Source: Octopus bimaculoides | Taxonomy: Eukaryota | Assembly: GCF_001194135.2 (NCBI RefSeq) | Contig: NC_068998.1 | Location: forward strand, 12,692,492 to 12,746,293 | Direction of reading: 5' to 3' | Length of the DNA: 53,802 nucleotides | In this document: positions 24,046 to 35,467 of the stretch, in pieces | Layout of the letters: each line of letters starts with the position of its first letter | Position numbering within the stretch: position 1 is the first letter of the stretch | Made by a program: the position numbers and the translations under genes | The notes under the pieces: model-generated | Database searches by the model: none | Seen by the model: only the letters and a program-made list of their open reading frames with translations | Told to the model about the DNA's origin: nothing

Positions 24046-25602
24046 CCTTCAGTTCATTATATACAATACAAAGTACCAAGAAAACAGATGTTAAGTATCT
24101 GTTGCGAATCTGATGATTTACAAAAATTTTCACACAGCCACATAGTTTTTTGTGCTAATTACGAAAATCAGAACCATTTTTTTTTAAAGTAATTAATTTA
24201 ACATGAAAAACTACAAGAGTAACACATCGTATAAACTGAAAAGATTTATGGTCGCTGATAATACAAAAAAAAGGTAATATTTCTTTAAATAAAGAAGAAA
24301 AAAACCTGGTTGAAGACAGATTTTCGTAAAATATTCAAAGTTATCAAATCTCTGGAGAGTTTTGTTGTAATAATAAATTTCAACCCAAAAGATCCATGTT
24401 CTTTTCAACCTTTATTAGTGAAAGACATTTTTCTCTTAATCTAACAGAATAAACGAAAAGCAAAAGCACTGAACTCGGCTAAAAATTAGCATTAATAAAA
24501 ATGAATTATTCTTAAAAGCAAAAACATTACATTATCTTGACAGACAAAATACGGTCCAACAAACGACAAAGAGTAGAGAAGGCATTGGAACCAGCAAGAT
24601 CAGGCTGTGTGGACAATCGAATAGCTAAAAATTAGAAGCAAATTTCCCTCAAATCACAGACTAACGTCTTAGATAAACCAGTCATCTTATAAAAGTAGGC
24701 GTAAACACAAGGGTCGCCAAGGACGGTGAACATAGGAAAATGGTGGGATGGTTACATCTGGAATAGCTCAGATCATCGGTGTGCCTCCTCAGTCAGTATA
24801 GATAAGGCACTAAACAATAAGAATTAGAGATGACAATGCGAGTTCAATCTTAGTTTATATTTGACTCACGTTCATCAACTGCTTGATATGGAAATAAAAA
24901 ATTGTCAAAAACAAGACACTTAGAAATAGCTTCTAGTTCAATTTGGTCTGCCAGTCACATCATCATCTATAAATTTGGTGCTACATAGCAAACATCAACG
25001 CAAAAGACTTATAACGGGAAATAAGTGATTATGTAACATTCATGCCTCTTTCAAGGGCATTTAGCAGCATGACTACAATTGGATATCGAACTAAGTACTT
25101 CAAAAGCTGCTTTCTTTCTATACCTAAGTATAAATACACAGAAAGAAAAAAGTGAAGAAATTCATAAGTATATATTTAAATCCGTTCCTAAAACAATGCA
25201 AAGGAAAACACTTCATATGATGTTTTTTAATAGACTTTTTTTTGTTTAAAGCAGGAACAATTATTTATAAAGAGTTATTTTACTGAGTTCTTTGTTTATG
25301 AGGATGTAAACAAATATAGAATTGGTAATTTTGAATGAGAAAACATAAGTTGTAAACATCAACCAAAGATATTCCTTCGTTTTTTCGCTGAGAATAATTT
25401 TAGTGAACCGATTCCCCAAAACAATATAATTTACACAACCATAATAAGCCGAATAAAATATTGTTCACGAAAATCTAATGAGTGGATCCTAAGCATTGGT
25501 GAAGTTATTATACAAGTTGTAACTCGAAGAAGTAATCTGGAACAGTTTACAATCAACAGAGAAAGAAATATTTTGACAACCGGCGATTCACACTTAACTT
25601 AC

Positions 25603-25619
25603 CCGCTGTCGTCCGCCAT
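25603..25619 (-). CDS. FBXL17: F-box/LRR protein (FBXL17-like), coding exon 1 (MADDSG)
   Basis: Minus strand reads ATG GCG GAC GAC AGC GG followed by a consensus GTAAGT donor. The phase-2 end joins in frame to exon 2 (GG|G AAA CTT CAC). Lies in a CpG-retaining promoter-like region. Confidence 0.8.
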
Positions 25620-25740
25620 TTGTATACACTGGTATTAAAATGTATTAGCTGAATTATCTCCCTTGAATTCAATAGCCACCCGCCAATTCATTATCTCATT
25701 CCCGAATCCTACTATTGGTCGTTTTCGTTAGGCTCCGTCC
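25613..25740 (-). promoter_or_regulatory. TATA-less housekeeping-type promoter of the FBXL17-like gene
   Basis: YY1-like CCGCCATTT (25613-25621) overlaps the ATG. CCAAT boxes at 25683-25687 (+) and 25714-25718 (-), a GC-box-like CCACCCGCC at about 25677-25684, and local CpG retention. Confidence 0.55.
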
Positions 25741-25949
25741 GTTTTAAGGATGTGATGGAAATTTCTTCTTTTCCTTTCGTTGTTTTTTTTTTTATTTCCT
25801 TACCACGCCCTTATTATGCTGGCACATGGTATACTGTAAATTGTGTAAGCCTATTCGAATGTGGCAGTCCTTATTGTAGTGACCACAAATAAAAAACCCG
25901 AGTCGTTTTGCCGAGTTGCTAGCTTCTACATTTATTGTTTAAATGTCCG

Positions 25950-26390
25950 ATGCTGATTTCGATCGATCTTTGCTTTTATTTTCGCCCTTGCCTTCGTCGC
26001 ATGTCTCAAGGGTAGATGACTGGACACTATGCCCTTGTGATGATTTTATTTCAATGCATATTGAACAAAAGTTCTTTTTGCGCACACCTCTTATTCTTAG
26101 GTAGGGACAGTGCTCTGGACGCAATTCGTATTGAAGCTAATCATATAAATCCATTAAGAAATGGCCCTCGTCCATTCAGCATCATGACCGACCAAACTTT
26201 GCAGGAAACGGCTCACTGATTACAGATATATTCTTTGATCCTGTTCTGCCTAGGACCTGAGAGTTGATGACATTGTCTTCCCATGAGAGAACATCTGAGA
26301 TTTTGCGATGACATCTTATGTGAATAAGCATTTAACTTCTTCCCTTGTCTGAGATACGTTGCCTCTGTTTGGCGTTCATTATCAGGTTTT
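25950..26390 (-). mobile_element. Old RTE LINE ORF2 C-terminal relic immediately upstream of the FBXL17-like promoter
   Basis: Minus frame reads IRCHRKISDVLSWEDNVINSQVLGRTGSKNIS...MDEGHFLMDLYD*LQYELRPEHCPYLRIRGVRKK. This matches the RTE pattern LRCLR.IL..SWEDRVTN.EVL.RAG...MD..R.PK..LYGEL...RP.GRP.LR.KD. Confidence 0.7.
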
Positions 26391-26589
26391 CGATCTAAAT
26401 TGTGTTGGTGGGTCTAATCGTCATAATAGTTTCGTTCAGACACGTTCAATGTCTATCACGTTGAGTGTGGAGCCATTAATAAAAACTGAAGGATGATACG
26501 GGGCATTTAGAATATATCCTTAATTTTCATTAAACTGACGGTTAAAGCAAATTCTCTGCGTGTGTTGGAGTGTCAAACTAACACTTCCT

Positions 26590-26665
26590 TTTTCCGAGCT
26601 GAGATTCGAAACCGAATCTAAGGATTCTCGCTCGTCTGATCTATCACTGACCAAACAGGCGCGAA
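26590..26665 (-). mobile_element. Degenerate tRNA-like SINE head
   Basis: Minus strand has A-box-like tggtcagtgatag and B-box-like ggtttcgaatctc at tRNA-like spacing. No intact cloverleaf. Confidence 0.4.
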
Positions 26666-26999
26666 AGTAATTTCTTTGTCCTGTCAAAAAATGATGGATG
26701 GTTTCCCTTCGACCTCAGTCGTGTCATTTAAGGTTCAAGTGGACAGGAGGCGACTTACATAAGTAAGAATTTCCTCTGTGGTATATCTGTCTTTCTAGCT
26801 GTCATTACCATTATAGATACAGCAATCCGTGGAGACAGGCTTAATTGTACAATTTACCTTCGTCTCCACCATTCTATTTCTTTAATTTAATTTAACCTAG
26901 TTGTTTTTCTTTATTGCTAATTGTTCTTTTTAACACATCCTAACGTCATTTATTATAAGTCCATTTACGCATAGACCTTATCTTATCTTATTCTTATAT

Positions 27000-28590
27000 A
27001 ATTTATAAAATTGTAATGGTAGGACGGGCTAGTTTTGGATAAAATGAGAAGGGTGCAAGAGTGTTAGTGTGAGGGAAATGAGGTGACATAGGGAGAGTGA
27101 CTGATATCAGTGAAGGAGAGGGCAGAGTTTTGTAAGCGACAAATATGGAGTGGGGGTGAGATGTCATTCAGGGATATTCACGCGACGCTGCATACATACT
27201 TTCGTAAATACATAGATACACACAAATGCACGCGCGCGTATACGTATACGTATACGTAACTTTCAAAACGCCGAGGAAGGGAAAGAAAGGTGGATGTGAG
27301 GAATACGTAGGGATCTATTTCAAAACGGGGGCAAAATTACGATTAAACCGGATGAAATATGTCACAGGGAATAATATTTTTATGACCGTCCAGCAGTAAC
27401 TCTATTCAGCTGAATAGACGTCAGTGATTGGTTGAAATTACAGAAATACGACAACTTTAACATGGAATAACTTGCGATGTACGTTTTTTTTTTGTTAAGA
27501 AGACTAAGAGTAAAAGATGTTTTATATGACACATTCTACCAGTGTCCCAAGTTTCAAAGTGTTTCGTTAAGAAAATACTGGTGTCCCCGTTTTGAAGTAG
27601 ATCCATACGTAGCTTTAAGGAGACAAGGCGTTGGTAAGTTGACAATTGTTCAAGGCAGTGTTTCTGTTGTCCATCAGAAAGAAACACGCACACATACATG
27701 TCTACTATACACCATTTTAAACTCGTAATTACCTGTGTGTACATGTGTAAATGTGTTTGTTTGTATGGTTGTGTGCGTGTGTTGTGTGTGTGTTGTATTG
27801 TGAGTTGTAGTGCGCACGCGCGCATCTGAGACGTCTTGTAACTGTCTGTCTCTCTACTTCCCTAGGGTCTTCTCTGTTGCTGTCACATATTGTGAAATTT
27901 AAAAATTTCGTATATTGAAATAATTTTCCACGTTAAACCCTATTTTGTTATTTATTTATTCCACAAAAACTGCAGAAAAATGTCCCAGAGGTTTAAAGTT
28001 TAATCACTTCTATCTAATCAGAAAACAGGATTTGGAAGCTAGCATTTTCTACATGATAGCTGTCTATCACAGAATGAGAGCAAAATCATTACGAGGAAGA
28101 ATTTTTATTAAACAAAACGAAAGTAAAGCATTACGACGACCAAAGATGTAAGAACTTCTGAAATTTTAATAAGTTTTAATAAATAAAGTCATGTGAAACG
28201 GCCGAATAGACATGTAAATAATTTAAAAAGGTAAAAATCCGTGACGATGTTTTATGGCGAAGAATTGCACAAATCAGTCTTGATCAAGAGGCCTATCTGT
28301 CGGGGAAGGCATGATCTGACATGGAAAAAACAAAAATTTATGTAAGACATTCTATTGTAAAAATTTCCCGGCAACAACGGGCTATTCAATTAAAAATCGT
28401 AATGGTAAGGTGGGCTATTTTTGGATAAAATGAGAGGGGTGCAAGAGTGTTAGTGTCAGAGAAGTCAGGTGACATACGGAGAGTGACTGATATCAGGAAA
28501 AGGGAGAACAGACTTGTGTAAGCGACAAATATGGAGTGGTACTGGGGTAAAAACGTTAATACAGCTGTCATTCAGGGATACACACATGCG
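27000..28590 (+). mobile_element. Directly repeated element head, possibly a tandem non-autonomous Helitron-like unit
   Basis: An approximately 180-bp segment (aaaat.gtaatggta...ttttggataaaatgaga.gggtgcaagagtgttagtgt...gtcattcagggata) occurs at about 27007 and 28393. A GC hairpin cccg-gcaacaa-cggg (28367-28381) lies just before the second copy. Confidence 0.45.
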
Positions 28591-29053
28591 CGCTTTCAAT
28601 TAGTTTACAAAGTCAAGTCGTAGCAGACAGACGACAACTAATGAAAACAGAGTTTGTGTATGTATGTATGTCACACGTTGTCACCTTTATGAAAAGGAAT
28701 GATTTAGATCAAATGATTACTATTAACATGTATTCACGTATGACATTACGCACACGAATCGAAATAACTTAACCCTACAACAACTATATTCGTGATTAAA
28801 CCAAATTCATTCTTTTTCTCATCTTTCATTCTCTTTCTCTCTCTACCCTCTCCACAAACACACACACACACGTCTTTCATATCACGTTCTTTCTCGCTCA
28901 GCCCACTTTGTCTTTCTCTCTCTCTCTCTCTCTCCACACGTGCGCGCGCACACACGGATATATTTTTTACTTACAGGGACGAGAGGACGAGGTGGTGCCC
29001 ATGGCCTTCACATGTCCTCCTCAGTCATGTCATTAATATTCCCCTTGAACTAT

Positions 29054-29865
29054 TGTAAGCCAACGCCTACGAGAAAGACTTGAGCCGGGAGAAAATTCTA
29101 GAGGCTCGATGTTCTGGGCAGAGAAGACAAGGAGTAGTGACTAGACTCAAAGGTTCTGAGAAGAGGGGAAACGAGCGGGTGAGGAGTACTTGAGTGGTGA
29201 TGGTGGTGGTATAAACCGAGTTAGCACCGATAAGCAGAAGCCGGCAGAAAAGTTGAGAGTGGAAACAACGACCCTATGAGCCAGAAACTAGGGCATGTTT
29301 GTGAGTGACTTGATGCTAATCAGCCTGGTTGTTATTTTTTGGGATGCAGCCAGACATCCGTGTGTGCAGTAGCAGCAGAACTGTTCCATATATGAGATTT
29401 ATATTCATTTGTAGACTATCAGTGATTGTTTGGGACCAAAATACCTGCTGGTCCTGAAGAGAAGTCAGTCGTTAGAATGTGGTCTAGCTACGTTAATTGA
29501 AGTGTCTAGGTAGAGGAGGCACAAAACCAGTCAACTCCGAAAAATCGAGGCCATTGTAGCAGCGACAGAAAAGGTAAAAAGAGGATACAGTACAACCCTG
29601 AGTCAAGAACTGGAGTGTGTTTGGGAATGGCCTTTGGCAGTCAACTGACCAATCTTTCCAGGAGTGGACCGAGTGTAATTAAGGGCCCTCGGGCATAACT
29701 GTTCACCGGGCCCCTTAGCATTGATATCAAAGAGAGTTAACATGTAGAGTGTGGGCTTCTCGGAGTTCCGGGCTCTCCGGCAGTGTCCGATTGACCGACG
29801 GCTCAGTCTGCCCCTAAGTCTTTCTATGGATGTGGTACGGAATGTTAATGTGTGTAGCAATAACA
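29054..29865. mobile_element. Putative solo LTR
   Basis: GC-richer block with TGT...ACA ends, flanks ctat/ctgt (4-bp TSD, one mismatch), internal ggtataaa and several GC hairpins. No coding homology recognised. Confidence 0.4.
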
Positions 29866-30724
29866 CTGTCCCAGATGTGGTTATAATACTCCATCGTGGG
29901 TCTCATTTAAGCCTTGTAATGTAAGCAGTTATTGAGAGTTGATAATAATCTGGCCGTGAAGAGAAGAGCTAGGCTTTTGGGATGTGATCCGAGCGATAAA
30001 CAAATATATTCATGCTGACAACTTCAATTTGAAACATGACTAAGACAATAAAATTATCTCAACCAAATTAAAAAAAAAAATTGCAGTTCAAGGGAGCTAA
30101 CTTTTACTCTTCGCCATGTTACAATGAATATTTAACACTTAAAGAGAGCGGTAAAAAATAGGTGGATTTATCACTCACCCCTTTTACTATTCTTTTTTTC
30201 TCTCCTCTTGCTATGTACGGGTTTTCTTTTTTTGAGGATAGGGAAAAAATATTTGCAGCATCAGTCTTGAGCGCATGCAGGTTCTCCTGACCATGATTTA
30301 GTTAGCAGAGTTATTTCCCTTGTTCACTGATACGCCACGTATTGTAAGCCCCAGAACGAGATTTAATCTTCAACATTCCGACGCCTTGACTGCACCGCTA
30401 TTATACGAATAAATAAATGTTTACCTATTAGAATTTATAAATGTTATTAATAATAGACGTAGTGAATACAAAAGAGCTAGTCTTCAGGATGAGACAGCGT
30501 AATTAACTATGATCCCTTCCAACTAAACCCAAGGCCAATTCGCTCTATTTTAACTCTAGGATGCATAAAGGAAAAATAAATCGCATCTAGTAGTTGATAA
30601 GTGTGTTGTTTTTTATCGACCTTAGAAAGAGGAAAAGCAAATTTGACTTTGGATCTGATATCAATATATCATTAAATACCGCACTTAAGTGGGCTGAGCG
30701 AATTTAAAAATTCATTTGAAGATA

Positions 30725-30901
30725 CAGTAATCCCTCACTATATTGCGGTTTATTATTTAAGTTTACGTCGATTCCTCCGTGATATTGTTTTGCATTTATA
30801 ATAAAATAGAGAAAAATAAATTATAAAAATGATTTTTAAAAATACGGTACAGAACTGTTTCTACTTCGCGGATTTCACCCGCGAAAGTCGAGGGATTACT
30901 G
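30725..30901. mobile_element. Tigger/pogo-type MITE
   Basis: 12-bp TIRs cagtaatccctc / gagggattactg, flanked by TA on both sides. 177 bp. Confidence 0.9.
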
Positions 30902-30965
30902 TATACATTTTTTTAAACCATAGAATTTGTAAATATTGGTTTCAAATTTTGACACAAGGCCAACA

Positions 30966-31204
30966 ATACACACATAAAACATTGAAAGACTTTGGAGAGA
31001 CATAAAAGAATCCATCCAAAAGCCAGGAATTCGATCAAAATATCCGCAACAAAATCATGCAAGATATTGATTTATAACTTCTCAACATGAAGGAAGTTTG
31101 TCGCACAAGTTCTTCATGGGGGCAACCCAGTTATACCTTCCTCTCTTGAATCGTTGCCGTCAAATAATGACCAACCAAGACGAAAGTATGTATCTGTATG
31201 TTTG
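30966..31204 (+). mobile_element. Merlin (IS1016/ISXO2-like) transposase C-terminal relic
   Basis: IHT*NIERLWRDIKESIQKPGIRSKY... matches the HTQ.IE.LW..(V/I)K motif of the Merlin catalytic C-terminus. Contains in-frame stops. Confidence 0.65.
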
Positions 31205-32208
31205 AGCAAATTTTGTTTTCATATTCATTCGTTTTCTACACATTTTTTTTTTTTTTGACGACCAGGTGCTAAACTAGATCCTGAAAGTTATGAGGGAAAA
31301 ATTGGATTTTGTGAATTTTCCGAAGGTCCTCTCCTCACCTCACCCCCGTTCGTTTGCGATAATTTTTGTTTTCATATTCGTTTTCAACACATTTTTTTAC
31401 ACCTATTAGACATGTTCTTTATTTTTTTGTTTTTGTGTGTGTGATCGGGAGTTAAACTATATATTAACCTTTTTGCTCGCCTCGTAGAGCTTTTGTAATT
31501 TGTTGGCACCAGTTGATTTCAAATGATCTATTGTTAAGGAATAGGCTAGTGTTGCCAGATAAACAATAGTTAACTGGTTTAACTATATAAGAGATCTATA
31601 TAGTATGTCGACCATCTTGTACAGATTGGCGGAAATGGTTTCCTCAATTCGTTAAATACCTTCGACAGTATTATCCAGCCTAAGTCTTATATTTTAGTTT
31701 ATTATTAAAGAAATTATAATAAAATAAAACAAAAGCTTTCTTTAAAAAATCAGATTTTACAGTCACCATTTAGCCGAGTTTCCAGCAGTTGACGAGCTCT
31801 GTCAACTTCTGGTTCACAAAACGAAATATCACTTCATAACCATTCCACTAAAGTACAACAGTTGTAAATACTCGAACAATAATCAGTTTGAAGATTCTAA
31901 ATTGTTTATGTCCCAAACACAAATCTGGGGACCGTTTAATTTATTTGATTTCATGTTATTCAATTTCATTTTATTTTAATTTAATTTTTAAGGTGTAAAA
32001 AAAAAGAAAAAAAAACTGGGTTAAAAAAAAGAATCATGTTGAAACGAATAAGTGTTCCGTTGTTTATACAACTGATAACTACAACGAAGTGATTAACGAT
32101 AGGAAGAACTGAAAGTTCTACTGTTAACCACTTAACCGTAAATTAGGAGTGGAATATAATCTTAAGCAATTAGACAAACCGCGGCAATCTGTCACACAAA
32201 ACAATGGC

Positions 32209-32690
32209 TGTAGTAAGATTCAAGTGGATCTTTACAATTGCGGATTTTCCATATTCTACTTTCTGTGCTGAATCTGGTAATGTTGGAACTTATTCTTCTA
32301 TGTCCGTCTCTTTTACTTCTTCTAAGTCGGCGATATTTCGTAAGACAACAGAAAACAGCATTCAGGCTTTAACAGATACGCTCGAGCACTTGCAATTCTC
32401 CAGATATTCTATACTCTCGAATTCTCGTGGCTGGCAGACTTCTCGAATGTGTTTGCAGTGAGTCAAGGAAGCCATATTTCGTTATCGCGGATTAGCGCAG
32501 TTGTGCTTAGGCAACAGTAGCCAGTCAGAGCTGGTGGTGTACCTATAAAAACAGCAGTCATAAGCCTGCAGAGAGGCGTTCCTTGTTGGCAGTCAGTCAG
32601 TAGAAGACTTCGACGCCACAACCGGCGAGGAACAGATCTCCATGACCGTTAATGAACAGATCATACGACCATCGGAAATTCATGGAACTG
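32209..32690 (+). mobile_element. LTR-like fragment
   Basis: Begins TGTAGTAAG, similar to the neighbouring solo LTR end. CpG-rich, with cctataaaa followed by cagtcagt. No matching 3' end or TSD found. Confidence 0.3.
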
Positions 32691-32754
32691 ACATTTTTAA
32701 ACGTTAACAACAGCAATTTCGAAATTGTTGTATAAATGAGTGATTTATACAACA

Positions 32755-34300
32755 GCAATTTCGAAATGAAGGTAGTGATAAATGAGAGTTTTTCTGTTTC
32801 CTTGCAATAACTTATTTACACCATTAATTTTGTGAATATATCACAAAGAAAAAAGATATCGCACCTTGCAGCCATCAATGAAGCCAATAGCGGAGTACCG
32901 TGAAAGAAAAATATGATTATATGAAACGGTTCAACAAAGCATAAAACAGTTTCCTTTTGACAGACACGGCACTTCGGTATGGTATAAGAATGTAGTAACG
33001 CCAAGTGGGTTATACATCATTAGATGTATACCTGACTTAAATTAGGTATTGAACGGAACGCTGAACTCCAGACTATCAACACAAACAATATTTATTCATG
33101 GTGGAAAATATATATCTTTAATCTTGTTTGTTGAGACGTCTTCGGTGTGTCAGAACATGGTTGTTGGGACGTTGGTATATTGACGTGAGCCGTCTAGCGT
33201 GAGTTCGAAAGATGGAGAGATAGCTAGACACGTCCTTGCTCAATCGCTGGCCAGCAAGAAAGAGATCGATCACAGCGGGAAAGCTTGGTTGTTGAATTCC
33301 ACGCATGCGTGAGACTACGCATGCGCACGGCGTTACTACAAGAGTTTAGTATGGTCCTCATCATTTCTCAGACAGAGTTGGCGGAAAATTCGATCAGACA
33401 AGCAACTGGACTTCAATTTGTTCACCGTCTTGATAACTAACTGTAGCGCATCATTCAATCTGCTGTTCATATTTTTGCCACTATGTGCTGCCGGTGTGCC
33501 AAGCAATGAAGAGTTAGTATCTGGTGGGAAATTTCACGCTTTAGGAGAGATGAAAACCTCTGTATCTTCCTATCATCGAAGAGGCTCCATCTGATGCACA
33601 GGCGAGAATTTTACTGAGTAATATAATATGTTCAAAAACGAAAGACTTGAGAGTGTGAAAAATAGTTGCACCTTTTGAATCAAGCGACAATTTCTCTGTG
33701 AAAGTCGTCACTGAAATACCGAACATATACCATCATCAAACATTGATTGTCTATAACAGTTGACTCATCCACTTGTATAGAAAATTCAGAATGCCGGAGA
33801 ATATTAATGAGTTTGATACCGTTGGCCATTTCATCGATGCGTAGAGAAATTGTGTTATTACTAAGTAGGATCTTCTTCATAATGTTATCGGTTTTTTTTT
33901 GTGCATAACGGTTGACAAAATCTCTTCGATAACTGGGCGAAGTAATGTTTCTCCAATTGTGTGAAACTTCCCAGACTTAGCAACAAGCAATGCAATCTTG
34001 TACGATGCAATCAACCCATCATTCTCCTGTTTACTAGTTTCCTGGAATAGCGTACTTAATGTTTGTATTTGCTTTTTGAAAGAGGAGTTCAGTTGTAAAA
34101 AGTATGATAAGGGCTTGTCCTTCTTGTCAGGACGCTTTGCATCAAAGTGATACTTCAAGCATGAAGGTTTCATTGCTTCGTTGGTCAATGTTTGATGGCA
34201 AAGAGTAGGAGACACAACGGGGTCCAAAACAGCCCCAAAGGTTAGCTGTTACCTGCAACCTTCGTATGTACTTAATATAAGAGAGGAAGCTCACTAGAGC
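32755..34300 (-). mobile_element. Buster/Charlie-type hAT transposase relic (SCAND3/ZBED5-like family)
   Basis: Peptides EAMKPSCLKYH, ASYKIALLVAKSGKFHTIGETLLRPV, LSNNTISLRIDEMA, FSIQVDEST, ACASDGASSMIGRYRGF, FRQLC...KLLYHTEVPCLSKG and DIF...NKLLQG. Multiple frameshifts. Confidence 0.92.
32991..33340 (-). mobile_element. 350-bp solo LTR nested in the hAT transposase
   Basis: 12-bp perfect inverted termini tgtagtaacgcc/ggcgttactaca and a 4-bp TSD agaa/agag. AATAAA near the minus-strand 3' end. Removing it restores the frame K-L-L-Y-H. Confidence 0.85.
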
Positions 34301-35467
34301 TCGCTACACATACATATGAAGTTTCCATCTATCAAATATCACTCACAGTCTGTTGATTAAACTGTGATTGTAGTAGAAGACACTTGTTCAAAGTGTCATG
34401 CAGTGGGAATAAATGATAAACAACATGGTTGCAAAGTGAACTTCTTGAACTACACAGCGTGCTTTTGACGATATGTGTGTATGCATATACTGAACTATAC
34501 ATTCATACATACATACATAAACACATGCGCACTGACACAAATACACACACACACACACAGCCAACCAACATCGTTTCTCATACGAGTAGAAACTAGTTGG
34601 TAATTTGCTAATAGAAACTTTAACCTGTTTCAACTATTGTCATCAACTTACCATAACTTCTTGCTTTTAGACTGCAACTTCTTTTAATGATGTTTATTCA
34701 CTATAGAAATCTGTAAGCTGCCTGAGGAGGCTAAAATCTCTTTCTGTTAATGTGTGCGTGTGCGTGCGTGCGTGCGCGCACGCTGACTAATGGTTCCCTT
34801 GTTTGTTTGCCTTTTGTTCATAAGCCTTTGCTATTACACTTCATAAGTTACACCCACCATTAGAGAGAAGGAACAAACCAGAAGTGGAAGGACGGTGGGG
34901 GAGTAGATTATGTGGGTGGTACGTGGGTGAAGTGCAAAGCACTTTTCCTGAGATGTTATTTAATTTTTCTGCGTACTTATAGATATATAATATTCTTGTA
35001 TAACCAATTTCAAGAAATGTAAGTGTTTACATCCCACGTGTGTGAGTTGTAGTTGAGAGCAAAAAATCCTTGTATGACACAATATAATCATGTTGGGTGG
35101 TGGATCGTTTGAGTGCCAGGCCTAACATGCCACCCAGTTTAAAACCAACACATTCCTGGATGTTGTGCATTTGCTTGGCTGACATTTCCTCTCTTTGCAA
35201 GCGTTCAGATTAGTCTTTTATCCCCACTAGTTCCTTCTACGTCCATATTTTTCCGGCTGACCTTTATCTGAAGAGAAACTGTTTAGTTGGACATTGGCCA
35301 TATTGTTTTCACCATTGAAATTTGATGGTGCTAGTAGTGGTGGTGGTGGTGGAGGAGTTGTGATGATCAGGAACATTGTTACACCTTCTTCGATTAACTT
35401 ATAATAAAAAAAAAACATGAATAAATAAGTGTAGGAGACACAGGTTCAATATATTTAAGTAAATTAA

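Noticed and set aside
26098-26353. Apparent C/D-box snoRNA cluster: TGATGA...CTGA...CGATGA...CTGA at about 26265-26353, and taggtagggacagtg, which is complementary to the 28S rRNA segment CACUGUCCCUACCUA
   Set aside because: The same bases translate on the minus strand as an RTE ORF2 relic (the 28S-like 15-mer encodes HCPYL, i.e. the GRPYL motif). The antisense stretch is not followed by a D/D' box. Judged coincidental.
28976-29053. Minus-strand gccATGG...|GTAAGT mini-exon (MGTTSSSRP)
   Set aside because: Phase 1 does not fit FBXL17-like exon 2, its upstream side is interrupted by an LTR-like block, and no partner exon was found.
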